Below are positions 36,651 to 48,962 of a stretch of 64,000 nucleotides of DNA, in pieces. Source of the DNA: Phallusia mammillata (Eukaryota); contig OZ281498.1 of the NCBI GenBank assembly GCA_965637545.1, positions 4,340,001 to 4,404,000 of the forward strand. The letters are read 5' to 3'. Made by a program: the position numbers and the translations under genes. The notes beneath the pieces were generated by a model that was not told the DNA's origin, made no database searches, and was given only the letters and a program-made list of their open reading frames with translations. Position 1 is the stretch's first letter, and the number at the start of each line of letters is the position of its first letter.

Positions 36651-38195
36651 TTGTGTTAGAATTATTGCTTAGCCGGAAAAAAAATTGCCAAGCAAAACAA
36701 TGTTTGCCCAAATTATCCTATTCCACAATTCGTTAAAACTGTGTTCTGTCGGATTTTTAGGCAAGTAAACTTCGAATATGTGTCCCGGTATATATAGTTT
36801 TTGAGTTGGTAAGATGTATTGTTAATCTGTCAAACGCACCTCAACCAAACTATTTCCTGCATAATTTTACAGTCCACTAATGACAAGTTAGCATGTCCGG
36901 TTCCGCTGCTTGCGAGGTATAAGTCATCATGAATTAAGAAGCTGTGTTAATGCACATTAATAACCACAAGTGTCCCTATCTCATTAGTCCTAACTGTGTG
37001 CATTTTCGAAGAAGTCGGAAAAACTAAAATATTGCAACAAGGGCTTAGCGGACTGATTAAATAAGTGCGCTTGGGCACAGACTATAGGAGGGCTAATTGT
37101 GCTTTGTGGCCTAAGCGGTCGTGCAATTTTAGACGTTATCCCCTTTAGGCTATGTTTTTTACTATTGAGATCCAAACCAATGGCACCTCCCTCCTCGGGG
37201 TTCCATCCAGGACCAGGAGGCTCTCGGGAACGAATCCCGGTCAAGCTGGACCATTGGGCCAAATTTCTTCCATGACGTGCCCGTTCTTTTGTTTTTAAAA
37301 ATCACATAATTTACGCTTTTTATGTATGGTGTTGGGGTGCAATATATTCATATTGAGCGAAAGTAGGCATAAATTACCTTTTTAAGTTGTAAGTTTTCAT
37401 TTTGTCGAAAAATGATCTGCATAGCAAAAAGTATGATGTCTATGTGGAAAAAACTGCCTATCAGAAGCACCCATGCGTTACGATTGCAGATTTGCTCTGT
37501 ATATCTTTCCTATTTGTATTTTTTTGTATTAATTTTAAAACCGGGCATGAAAAATAATTAGCACTGAAAGAAGCAGAATTTAGGTGTTTGAGAAATTCCT
37601 TACTGATTGTAACTGCATAGCATTTAACTTTTTTTAACCGCAAAGTATTTTCATGGTCTTAGATTAGACCAGGGGTGGGGAACCTTTTTGTTTATAAAGG
37701 CCACCAAACGGTTTGTTGACACTCGTTTAGGCCGCATAGACTATTTCCCAGGCCAAGGACAGTGGTGTTCAATCTTTTTGACTTACAGAATGGTCGTTTG
37801 CTATTCCCTCGTAACTTGCGGTCTAAGCTGCAACAGGGGTTGTGACTTTTTCATGACACTTGTCACTGTTAGTGACAGGCGTCAATGACAGGGCTGGGGT
37901 GTCACTAAATCAGTGACAGGGCGTCACTAAATCAGTGACAGGGCGCCATTAAATCAGTGACAGGGCAAAATCAGTGACAGGGCAAAATCAGTGACAGGGG
38001 GTTCTTGCGTTCTTGCGATAGTATGAACACAAGCGAATTTATTAGGTCTTTGCTTGTAAGGGTTTTCTTTAAAAATTGCAAGCAGCAAAGGTTTTAAATG
38101 TAAATTTCGTGCAAAAATGTACCTCATGACTTTAATTTTTTGGTATAATCTTTAAATTCTGCAAGCAGCAAAGGTAAGTGTGTTTTTGAACATTT

Positions 38196-38254
38196 TTGAA
38201 CTTTCATTGCCTGCCAGGCAGTCTGATGAGCTCTAACAGGGCGAAAAAGTTCAA
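38196..38254 (+). ncRNA. Type III hammerhead ribozyme
   Basis: TTGAACTTT-C-ATTGCC-TGCCA-GGCAGT-CTGATGA-GCTC-TAACA-GGGC-GAA-AAAGTTCAA. This gives a perfect 9-bp stem III, a UUC cleavage triplet (cut after 38205), a 6-bp stem I, an intact CUGAUGA/GAAA core and a 4-bp stem II closed by G-C. Confidence 0.9.
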
Positions 38255-39354
38255 TCAATTTGTTTTAAGTAGTTTTTTTTTATTATGTAAACATGTCTAA
38301 CCTCTGTTTTGTGCCACATTGTCATATCTGAATATTTAACAATATGTAATGTTATGTGCAAAAAGAGGAGTTTATCTGAGTTTCCAAACAAAAAAACGTT
38401 TTGTACACATGAAGATCAACACGTTTAAAGCTGCGTAAAAAAATAGTGCATCTAGAATTTCCTAGCTTCAGGACAATGTTACGCGTGGTAATGTCTTTTT
38501 ACCCATTTAAACTGATTCTGCCATATTTACACAAAAAATTGTTGATGTTTTTTGTTTTATTTTTTTTGCAGACAGCCACAAACATTTAACGATTGGAAAC
38601 CCAAGATTTAAAGATAACCAAGATTAACACAAGTATTTGGTTGTTGTTATTGGTGTTTGAGGTGTTGTATTTAATTGCACCTTTGAATTGTGTGCACATA
38701 TTTGTAATTGTCAATGTCTACTTGGAAATTTAAGTTTATACATTATATAACCAGAGATTTAAAAAAATACTGTGTTTAGACAAAATAAAGAAAAAAACAA
38801 CTGCAAATGAATCACCATGTTTCGAGTTTGTTAAAAGGGGTTAAATGGCTAAAAAACAAAAATAAGTTTAATATGGTTCATTATTTTAAAGTTATTTTGT
38901 GGCCAACTTAGCCAATTATATTCACTCTGTGCGATAAATTTCTAAGTGTGTTTAAATTGGTATGGATGTTTTATGTGTTTGTTAGGTTAGGAATTCCATA
39001 GGTTCTGTAATTTAAATAGCTTGTTACCTGGTAAACAATCAAATTCATTGAGTTCGCAAATTTCATTTGGCCACATGGGCAGGAAGAGTCCAGAAGCTTT
39101 GATGAAAGCTGACCAGAAGCAGAACTGCTCTACTGATCTTTCACATGTATGTGTTCGAGCAATCAATAATTGTAGTTCTGTAGTGAATAATGTATTACTG
39201 ATTCAATAATTCTTGTGTATAACAGTATTTTACTTTAAAATCTCTTATTTGTTGAAATATTTTCAAGTCCGAGTCAGAAAATGCTCTTTTTGTTCATTCT
39301 ACAAAAACGTTTTTATTACACACAGTGATTTGTTACCAAATGTGTTATTTCAGG

Positions 39355-41150
39355 ATGGTGTATCAGCAAGCAAGTCAATATCTTACAAGATGCACATGTT
39401 TTAGACTCTCCACAGAGTATGAGGTGTGTTGAAGGTTTAAATGGTTCAGTAAATTTAAAGTCCATTTTTCAATGGTTTTACTAGCTCTGCTGTAAAATAT
39501 TGTCATGTGATGAGTTTTATCAAAATCCTAAATTTAACTATAAGCATGCACTAATGAGTTGTGCAATTTTTGTTTTAGTTAAGCATTTGCAATTGCAAGC
39601 ACATACTGCGCATGACTATTGGTGAACGTCATTCAGTTGTCAACCCACAAAGATGGCTCTGCAACACTTGCCTTACAACTGAGTCTGTTTGGACATGTCT
39701 AAGCTGCCCTAATGTTGCTTGTGGAAGGTAGGAACCATGGTCAAAACACAAAACAAAATGTTCTACAGTCTATAAAAATGAATAAATAATGTGTGGACTG
39801 TTTTGGATGGCCATTTGAGTATTAATAAAATGGTATATAACCTACAGATATATCCATGAACATGCATTAAACCATTATTTGGAATCTGGTCATCCATTAG
39901 TGATTGATGTCAATGAACTCTATGTATATTGCTATGCTTGTGAAGAATATGTTCTCAATGACAACAAATCGGGGGACATCAAGGTGCTACGTGAAACTTT
40001 ACAGGTAGGCAAATTTGGGTTATTATCTTTTTTAAATTGTAGTTGTGTCAGTCCAAACAATTCTGTGGCATGGTTTCTTGGTCGGAAATTGCCTGGAAAA
40101 TAATTTATGTTGTATCATGTGACAAAAAGTATTAGCTCATAAATTCTGTTTGTAAAATTTCAATAATATTAAGTTAAACAATTTAGGCTGCTTTTGTGCA
40201 GTAGGTAAAATTTGAACAGTTTATGTATTGTGTGCCATAGTAAATATTAAAACTTCAATCAGAAATTCTTAACATTTCTCCAGGCAATTAGATACCAAAA
40301 CTTTACTGGCACAACTCGTAGTGGACACACACTGAGGACAGCCACAATAAGTGCAGATGAAGATGTTCAAATGAGGAGAAGATTACAGCAGCAACAACTT
40401 GATAGAGATGATAGACTTTTCACTGCCATTTGGCATTCAAGGTACTTTTTCACACAGTAAAAGTGCACAAAATTGTGTTACTCCAAAAATTCGATGCCCA
40501 AATTTGCCAATTTTCATAAGATTACATAATTTTAATTTTTTTTGTCTTTACTATGTAGGTTTGTTCGACAAAGAAAAACCTTCAGAAACTGGCGGAACTA
40601 TGTTTGTAACAAGGACCAACACTGTCAGAGTGATGACGAACTACCATGTGCTACAGTCCCACTACAGTGAAACACAGAACTACAAGAAGACTTCATTGGA
40701 AAACTCGATGACCACCTTGAAACCTTGTCAGAATTAAAGATCTGCAACAAGTTAATGCTGATTTTCCATTAAACACAGAAAGGAAGGGGATTGATACAAG
40801 GTTAATAAGGGAAATTACACTTGATCCTGTTTAAGGTGTTTTACCAGCATTATCTGTTGTGTGGCAGTGCAAGGTCTGATTATGTGGAAAAAATCAATAC
40901 TGGTGTCTTATTTCAGTAAAACACCATCTCCAGACTGTTCTGTATTTACTCTATCCAAATTGAATACCACATTTCGTTTTTTTAGGTGCTCGGTCATTTG
41001 CAAAAGTTCCGCCGATGTTTACTTGCCGTTCGTGACATCGAAATGGATGAAACCACTGGGTGCTACGAAGATCCACAAGTTTCGCCATCAAGCAAGTTAC
41101 GAGTCGCTGGAAGAAGGTCCACCATAGAAATAAGAGCCATGGCATTTTAG
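39355..41150 (+). pseudogene. USP44: Captured, intron-containing 5' fragment of USP44/USP49 deubiquitinase (ZnF-UBP domain; catalytic domain truncated)
   Basis: Exons ~39584-39728, 39848-40004, 40284-40441, 40559-.. and 40987-41150 give [125 protein letters not shown] and VLGHLQKFRRCLL. There is an in-frame TGA at 40668-40670, no intact GLxNLGNTCY Cys box, and a stop at 41148-41150. The start codon is tentative. Confidence 0.85.
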
Positions 41151-41915
41151 CAGGCTAGTCTTTTGCCAGAAACAATTTATTCGAGCAACTGCTTGTATAC
41201 AGAAAATACTTACATCTCATGACAACTCAGGTTTACTTGTAGTAGGGATTTGACTTGAGGACTCAAGTCTAAATCAATGACATTTCTTAGAAATAAGGAA
41301 AATAAAGTTTTTAAAGACCTTGCCTTTCAAAATAAGGTCAAGTCTTCGAAATAAGAATAGGATGGCGACCCTGAGTATAAGATATGCAATATAATTAAGG
41401 CAAGTTTAAATCGTTTTATGTAAACAAGGCACTAAACTTTACCAGTTTTAGTTCAATTCCACACAGACTATTAAGATTTTACTTATAGCCTCACTCATGT
41501 TGGTAGTGTACCTCACACTGTGCTTCACGGACAAAGCGCCTCATGGCGATATTCCTGACATATAACTTCTCAATATGGCTGTAGACTAGCCTGCTAAAAT
41601 GCCATGGCTCTTATAAATGCAAAGCTTTGTTTCATTTGGTATGAAAATGTATTGGTAAGACCATTAAATATTTTCTAGTCTTGGCAATGTCCTGTTTGCT
41701 TATAAATTGTGATGTTATGGATGTGTGTATTGGTTTATTCTATTTGTTGTTTTCTTAACTGAAGTCTGTCCACACCAGATGGTAGATATGGTCATGTAAA
41801 TGTGCCATAACAGCTCCAGTATTTAACCCACTGGCAGCCCAAGTTATAAACCTTTCTTATAATCCGACACACTCCGGGCTGGTTGCTTTGGCAGTTTTGA
41901 CAGCCTGAAACAATG

Positions 41916-42196
41916 GGTGGTACTAAATACTGCATGTTACCGTATGTTATTCTGCTTAAAATACTGCATGGTATGTGAAATGCGAGAATACAAGCCCCAA
42001 CAAGGGAAAATTAGACCAGATTATAGTATTGTTTTAATTACAAACCTTCACCCAACCAGAATAGCTCTAACCGTTAGCGCTTTCAAAAGTTCGCAAAACT
42101 TTATTTTCGTAAAAGCATATTCAAGTCCTTTACAACTTCCTGCCGTGTTATAACATGCGGTATACCATGCGGTCACATGCGGTATTTAGTACCACC
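41916..42196. mobile_element. Small MITE
   Basis: TIRs GGTGGTACTAAATACTGCATG / CATGCGGTATTTAGTACCACC. A related half copy lies near 44425-44455. Confidence 0.65.
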
Positions 42197-42699
42197 GGAA
42201 ACAATCGCCTATCAGCGTTACAATTTAAAAGTGTTGATTGGGTGATTGTGGTTTGATTTTTTATTATTTTGCACGTAGCATCCCCCCTAAGATGGGTATT
42301 TTTTTTTGAATTTTAAGTGTCAATTGCATTGTCACAGGAGAGTATTAATCTATATACTGAAAGCTAGAGAATATCGTGTGCTTGCTTAGCTTTTTAAGTT
42401 CTTTATCACACCTTGCCTTCACTTTAAGCATTCATAAATTCGTTGTTTTTTGTTCAGTAATAAAAGCTGTCTGAAATAGTTTGTCATGCTTTAGAATTAC
42501 TGTAAAAGTTTTTGTACCAACACCAATATTTTTGGAAAACTCAAAACAAAAGCTAGTTAAAACAAACAAAAGAGTCAAAGTCAATGCTGTAGTCCGGGGA
42601 CCCCTGGGGCAATTTCTCCCATCTATCTTGATTCTTTGCTAGTCTGTTGTATTCCATGATCTATTTTCCTGTCCACCCCTGAACATTGCCAAAGCCTGT

Positions 42700-43390
42700 T
42701 CGTTCTGGGCCTGCCTTGTGTTCTTATTCCCTCGCCGGTCCTGTGCATGATGGTGTGTGTAAGAGTTCTATGGCGACATGTTACATGGCTAACCCATTAA
42801 AGCTACGTTAAACAAGATTGGCGACAGTATGCACTCTTGAAATACTCCAAAGTCTTAAACTATTTTAGTGCACTTCCATTGGTTAACACAGCATTGATGA
42901 CCTTTATATTATACAGTGATTTGATCAGGAGGATCAGGAAGAGACTGATACCATGTTTCTTCATGGTGCTCCAAAGGGCCTCTGTGACCAAGTTCTTGAT
43001 GGTGGTCTCTTTTTTTCACCTAGTATTCAATCTGTTAGACCAGTGGTTCTCAAGACTGTAGACTGTACCATCATGTTCTTCCCTTGTTTGTTCTTCAGAT
43101 AAGACACTCTTGATTTGAGGTATTAGTTTACCTTTCTTGGTATCATGACTATCAAAGATTGTGTCCACGTGGGCCACACTTATCTCATATGTATTCAAGA
43201 TCTCCTGTGTTATCCAGCAAGGCTGCTTTCTGGTTCCAGCCTTTTCCAAAGTTTTCATCACAGTCGCATTCATGATTTTAGAGAACTCAGATGTTAATTC
43301 TTCAACATTATTTTCCAACAGTGCATCAAATCTGCTTTCAATCTTTATTTCAAACCCCTTTCTGCAACCTGGCTCTTCAAACGACAAAGG
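42700..43390 (-). mobile_element. Degenerate RTE-like LINE fragment
   Basis: Minus-strand remnants ESRFDALLENNVEELTSEF..KQPCWITQEILN and EALWSTMKKHGI..LIKSLY..CILSPILFNV (RT domain), with stops and frameshifts. Confidence 0.6.
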
Positions 43391-44852
43391 AAAAATACTC
43401 TTTTTTTTTCAAAAAATATAAATCAGTGACAGGGCGTCAGTGAATCAGTGACAGGGTGTCAGTAAATCTGTGACAGGGTGTCAAAATCAGTGACAGGGCG
43501 TCAGTGAATCAGTGACAGGGCGTCAGTGAATCAGTGACAGGGTGTCAATAAATCTGTGACAGGGTGTCAGTAAATTTGTGACCTACCGACAGGGTGTCAG
43601 TAAATCTGTGACAGGGTGTTATTGACAGGCGATAGGTGACAGCCTGTCACTGAATTGTCACAACCCCGCCTCCCAAGCTGAATACAATTCCTCTGGCTTG
43701 TTTGCAAATATCGATGATCTAAGGCCAGCTTGTGACATCAAAGACGTGTTTAAGACATTCGATTATGCGCTAACAATTGTTCTATTGCAAGACAAGTAAG
43801 ATTGTAGAACCTACGGAAATCGCTTCGTGCACCACAACGGGACCATTTGGCCGCAGCCCTAGAACTAATCCAATAGTAATGTGGAATTAATGTCAAAAAA
43901 TACGTTTCTGTATATTTTTCAGCGCCTGGTGCAGTTTGTAATATCAACATCGTAATATTTATTCTGACGTCGAAGGCAGCACGTAGTGCCTCAAAGGCCG
44001 CATGCGGCCTTTAGGCCGCAGGTTCCCCACCCCTGAATTAGACTAACTTCAAATAATGGCAGACCAACATGTTTTTATGTTTATTCTATTCTAAAGAAAA
44101 GTGATTTTCCTAAAAACAAACAGCATCCTCCAAAAAATGTATCCAAGAATTTTTATAACTGAGAAGTATGTTAAACTAAAGAATCCAGCAACCAATAATA
44201 TTTTTACAATCCAAATACCATTGTCATTTCATTCTTAAATTTTTTGGCTAAAAATTTGAATGAAGTCAAATATAATTTGGGCTGTAAAATATGCAATCTA
44301 CTAATAAAACTAATGAAGATGTTGATGGGTAGGGCTTTCAGGGTCAGGTGAGGGTGAGTAATTACAGTAACATTAAATATCAATTTTAGATACTCTTCTG
44401 AGCCTAATATTTGTACAAGTTTTAACATGCGAAACCATATGGTGTTTAGTACCACTAGGGGGTATATATATATATGAGATTTAATTGTAGTGTTTTTTTA
44501 CAAACCCCGTACCAGACCCTAAAAGCCCTAACCATTCTTTTAGTTGGGCCGAAAATATTTTCTGACAACTATTTTCTTAACTAAGTTTGTTACATAAAGC
44601 TACTTAGTTGCCCCTGAAGCTAAAGCTTTACATTTACAAAATGACCTTATTGCCATTGAAGATGTAAGTTTCAGTAGGAGCTGCAATGTGATGCATTCTG
44701 TTAAGTTTGTGTCTTTCTGTTTTATGTTAAACATTGGCTATATATAGATGGTGATTGGCATCAGTGATTTTATTACTTATGGTACTATATGATTTTTTTT
44801 GTTTTCTAGCTGTGGACTACTATACAGTTGAAAAAAGCTTTGGTATAAAGCT

Positions 44853-47800
44853 ATGTTTTCACGATGGAGAAAAACTGGTTGTGTTTTGTGGAATACAAGA
44901 GGAAGACTTCAATGGACTTCTTCCACTGCAAAACTGTACAGTTCAAAACCTGCTAAAGCACCAGCTGAACACAAGCAGATTCGAAAGCTGTTAATTGCCA
45001 ATCGAGGCGAAATTGCATGTCGGGTTATGAGAACTGCAAAAAAGTAAACTAGCATTTCTTCTACCAAGTCATTTTTAAAACTTAGTATATATAATTTTTA
45101 GTAATGGGACGATACCAGATTTCAAAGCGAGTACCGAGAGTACGAGTACCACGTAAAAATACCTAGTACCGAGTACGATTACTGAGTTCTTAAGTATAGT
45201 GTTGTATATCACTGGCTAAATTATCTGCCATGGCCGGGATACTGGCGACCACAAACACATGCAGAAAAATATAATCTCCACATGATAGCGAATTTTTTTT
45301 TTAAACTGGCGGATCTTTTTCCCGATGTTGTGTTTCCGAAGCAATAATTGGCATAAAGTTGCCCATATTCTTATAGTGTATAGCTGCCTTTTGTATCGAA
45401 CATTGGAATCGAAAACTGAGACAAAGTATTTCGATACCAACGTGCGAGTACAAGTATCGATACCACTAAAATCGTTCGGTACCGGGTACCCGTCCCATCA
45501 CTAAGAATCTTACTTAATTATTCAATGCAGAATGGGAATCCAGACTGTAGCTGTCTATAGTGAAGTGGATAAAAACCAGCTGCATGTAAACATGGCTGAT
45601 GAAGCATTCCATATTGGTCCTGCATCATCACAGTTAAGCTATCTAAAAATGGATAAAATTCTTCAGGTAAACACCTAGTTATGTTGTATGTTTGGTGGTT
45701 GGTACATGTATTTTATTCAACTAGGTTGCCAAAGCATCAGGATCTCAAGCTGTTCACCCAGGATATGGCTTTCTGTCAGAAAACACTGAGTTTGCTGAAC
45801 TCTGCAAGGATGAAGGGATAATTTTTGTGGGACCCCCATCTTCAGCTATTCGGGACATGGGTATCAAGAGCACCTCAAAATTAATTATGTCAAAGGCAAA
45901 TGTACCTATTATAGAAGGTATAGCATTTCAAACTGTTGCAAACTCAAAAGTGAACTTAACCTTCTATTTACATTTCTATGAAACAAATTGTAGGTTACCA
46001 TGGGGAGAATCAGTCAGACAAACATCTGTTGCAAGAAGCACGTAAAATTGGATTTCCAATTATGATCAAGGCTGTAAGAGGAGGTGGTGGTAAAGGAATG
46101 AGGATCTCTCATACAGAGGAGGAATTCATTGATCAATTAAATGCCGCCAAAAGAGAAGCAATGGCATCCTTTGGTGATGAAGTAATGTTGATTGAAAAGT
46201 ATGTAGATAGACCGCGCCATGTAGAAGTTCAGGTAATAATACTGATAAGTGAACTATGAGTTTAGGGGAGGAATTTCATAAAAAAATGTAAAACTGTAAA
46301 CTGTTGGATCCGGTTCACATTTGAAACCGATTGTAAAAGATTCTGAAATGGACATCCCTAATTATAAGGTCTATTTCAAATTGCTATAATTTTTTATGTT
46401 ATATTTGTTTTTCGTCTTATGGGGAGGAATGAATAGTTCGAAAATGGGCAAAGGGAGGAATGTAACAAAAAGGGTTGGGAATCACTGCTTTAGAACATTT
46501 TTTTAATTAAACATTCTTAAATTGTTTATGCAAGTGTGGTGAAAAGCATCAAAATTTGAGTGTTTTTTATCTTTTTGGGATGTGACTGTTTTGATTCAAC
46601 AGGCTAATACAAATATTGTGAATTTGATATAAATGACCTATAAATTTTGCCTACATTATGAAAGTCTAATTTATGTTACATTATCTATAGATATTTGGTG
46701 ATCAACATGGAAATGCTGTTCACTTGTTTGAGAGAGACTGCAGTGTACAAAGACGGCATCAGAAAATTATTGAGGAATCCCCTGCCCCGGGTATTACACA
46801 AGAAACTCGAGCACAACTTGGTGAAGCTGCAGTTCGTGCTGCAAAGGCTGTTGGATATGTGGGGGCTGGAACAGTGGAGTTTGTTATGGATCAAAACCAA
46901 AAGTTTTACTTTATGGAAATGAACACAAGATTACAGGTGAATCTTATGAGTTGGTAAATGAAGGTAAAGACTGACTTTAACTAGTGGCAGTTTAACTTTT
47001 TTCTGATGTGAACAAAAGTAAATGAAATCATTTGTACAGGTGGAACATCCGGTTTCTGAAATGGTAACAAACACAGACCTTGTTGAGTGGCAGTTATTAG
47101 TGGCACAAGGTGAAAAGATTCCATGCACACAGGTATGCAAAAATGGTGCTTTTGTCAAATTTAAAAGTTTTTTAATTAAATGCTTAATTACCTAATGCTT
47201 GTTGCTATTTTATCAACAAGAAAAACATACACATTTGAATATAGGTACAGCTGAGCATAGTCATGAACTAGACATTCAATTGTAAGAGAGTGTAATAATA
47301 CGTTTATCTGAGAAAGATTTATTAATAGAGAGTAAAAGCTTGCACAAATAAAACTACTGGCTGTGGAAGTAAATGTGTCATGCCTTGGGTGGAAAAAGTA
47401 TGTTAAATTGAACATTTGTATGTTTTAGAAAAATTTGAGTGAACACTTCCTTTGTGGGATCAACACACGTGCTAAGGAAGCTATAATCAATTAGTTTTAA
47501 AGATCACTTAAAACCTTAATTTATCATGCTTCGTCTGATTTGTTTTAAACTATGGCCAAACGACTGTTTAACCACCCATGTCATTTTGCATAGGATTGAT
47601 AACTTTGTTCTATTAATGGTCGTATACCTTGCTGTCATAGACAAATTGACGCCAAGGTTTTAGGTTGCTCTTCTAAGTTTTTTAAATGATTGACAATTTC
47701 CGAAATGTCATTTGCATTTTAAACAACTTCTTTCCGTTACAGCGCAATTTTGAAACCTGTAAATCAATTTAATATTTAGGTCAGTGAAAAAGCCAAACGA

Positions 47801-48962
47801 TCTACGTTTTGATCGCCATTTTTCTACGTAAAACAAATTAGAATCACACCAAAAAGTGATAAACAGTTCATCGCATATACATAAAAATGTTTTTTCGCAG
47901 GATGAAATCCCACTTAATGGGCACGCATTCGAAGCCAGGATATACGCAGAAAATCCAGACAACGAATTTATGCCGGGAGCTGGACCCCTAGTTCATCTCT
48001 CAGCCCCCGCTCAGGACCCAACAATCCGGGTCGAAACCGGGGTGCGGCAGGGCGATGAAGTTTCGCCCTACTACGACCCCATGATTGCGAAACTCGTAGT
48101 CTGGGGCCCTGACCGAGAACGCGCGCTTAAAAAGTTAAACTACCAACTCGGCGAGTACGCAGTCGTTGGGCCTGATTCAAATATTTCTTTTTTGCGTCGT
48201 TTATCCGCTAATCAGAGCTTCGTTAGTGGCGACGTTCATACAGGTTTCATTCCTCAGCACTACGAAGACCTCTTCCCGTCGCAAACAACTGCTGTCGACC
48301 ACGCTGACGCATGTAGGACCGCTCTTGCGCACCACCTGCTTGGGGCATCGGACATGCCCCCGTCACGTGACCCGTTTGTGTCCTGCTCGGCTTTTCAAAT
48401 GAACCTGGTTAGCGAGAGTACGTTAAATTTAAAGTTCGACGGGAAAGATGTAAAAGTAAGTGTGAAAGAAATCGAAAGAGGAAACTACACGATGTCTGTA
48501 GACGGTGGCGAATCTCACAGCGTTACCGGTAAGTTAGAGGCCAACGCCAACGGTGTTAACTACGTTGTCGGCACTGTGGACGGCGTCACTAAACGGGTGA
48601 AAGTCGTTCGTGTGAATCAACGCTCTGGAACGGAAGCCGATTGTCTGCACATGTTTCCCACAGACGGCCAGGAAGCGGTGAAAGTGGAAATTCTTCTTCC
48701 AGCATACCTCACCGACGCTGACTCAAGTTCTGGCGTTGGCCAACCAATAGCCCCACTTACAGGTACGATCCAAAAGGTACTGGTCGCTCCCGGTGACTCA
48801 GTAGGTGAGGGGCAACCCCTGGTGGTCATGCTCGCAATGAAAATGGAACACACCATACGAGCGCCGCGCGGTGGCGTAGTTGAGTCGGTTATGTGCTCGG
48901 ATGGTGATACTGTCAAAATGAAGGCACTACTGGTGAAACTCAACGACAGTGAAGCGACCTAA
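44853..48962 (+). CDS. MCCC1: Methylcrotonoyl-CoA carboxylase alpha (biotin-containing) subunit, mitochondrial; 7 exons
   Basis: Exons 44853-45043, 45531-45666, 45725-45918, 45994-46232, 46691-46936, 47040-47132 and 47901-48962. There is a basic mitochondrial-type leader. Biotin carboxylase motifs are [66 protein letters not shown] and [11 protein letters not shown]. The biotinyl motif is LAMKMEH. Confidence 0.93.
45099..45503. mobile_element. hAT-like MITE in MCCC1 intron 1
   Basis: TIRs TAGTAATGGGACG / CGTCCCATCACTA, internal GAGTAC(C) repeats, degenerate 8-bp TSD (ATAATTTT / AGAATCTT). Confidence 0.7.

Larger units (their letters stand above)
37834..43668. mobile_element. Inner element with GGGGTTGTGAC inverted termini and AATCAGTGACAGGG subterminal repeat arrays
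   Basis: CAGGGGTTGTGAC at 37834-37846 and GTCACAACCCCG at 43657-43668. Arrays of (A)ATC(A/T)GTGACAGGG lie at about 37869-37999 and 43420-43650. No clean TSD found. Confidence 0.7.
37670..44035. mobile_element. Composite non-autonomous hAT element (outer MITE plus ~5.8-kb inner cargo element)
   Basis: 16-bp TIRs CAGGGGTGGGGAACCT (37670-37685) / AGGTTCCCCACCCCTG (44020-44035). 8-bp TSD GATTAGAC (37662-37669) / AATTAGAC (44036-44043). No transposase ORF seen inside. Confidence 0.88.

Noticed and set aside
37869-37999. Short regularly spaced repeats (also 43420-43650 and 19810-20300) resembling CRISPR
   Set aside because: Eukaryotic context, no unique spacers and no cas genes; these are transposon subterminal repeats.
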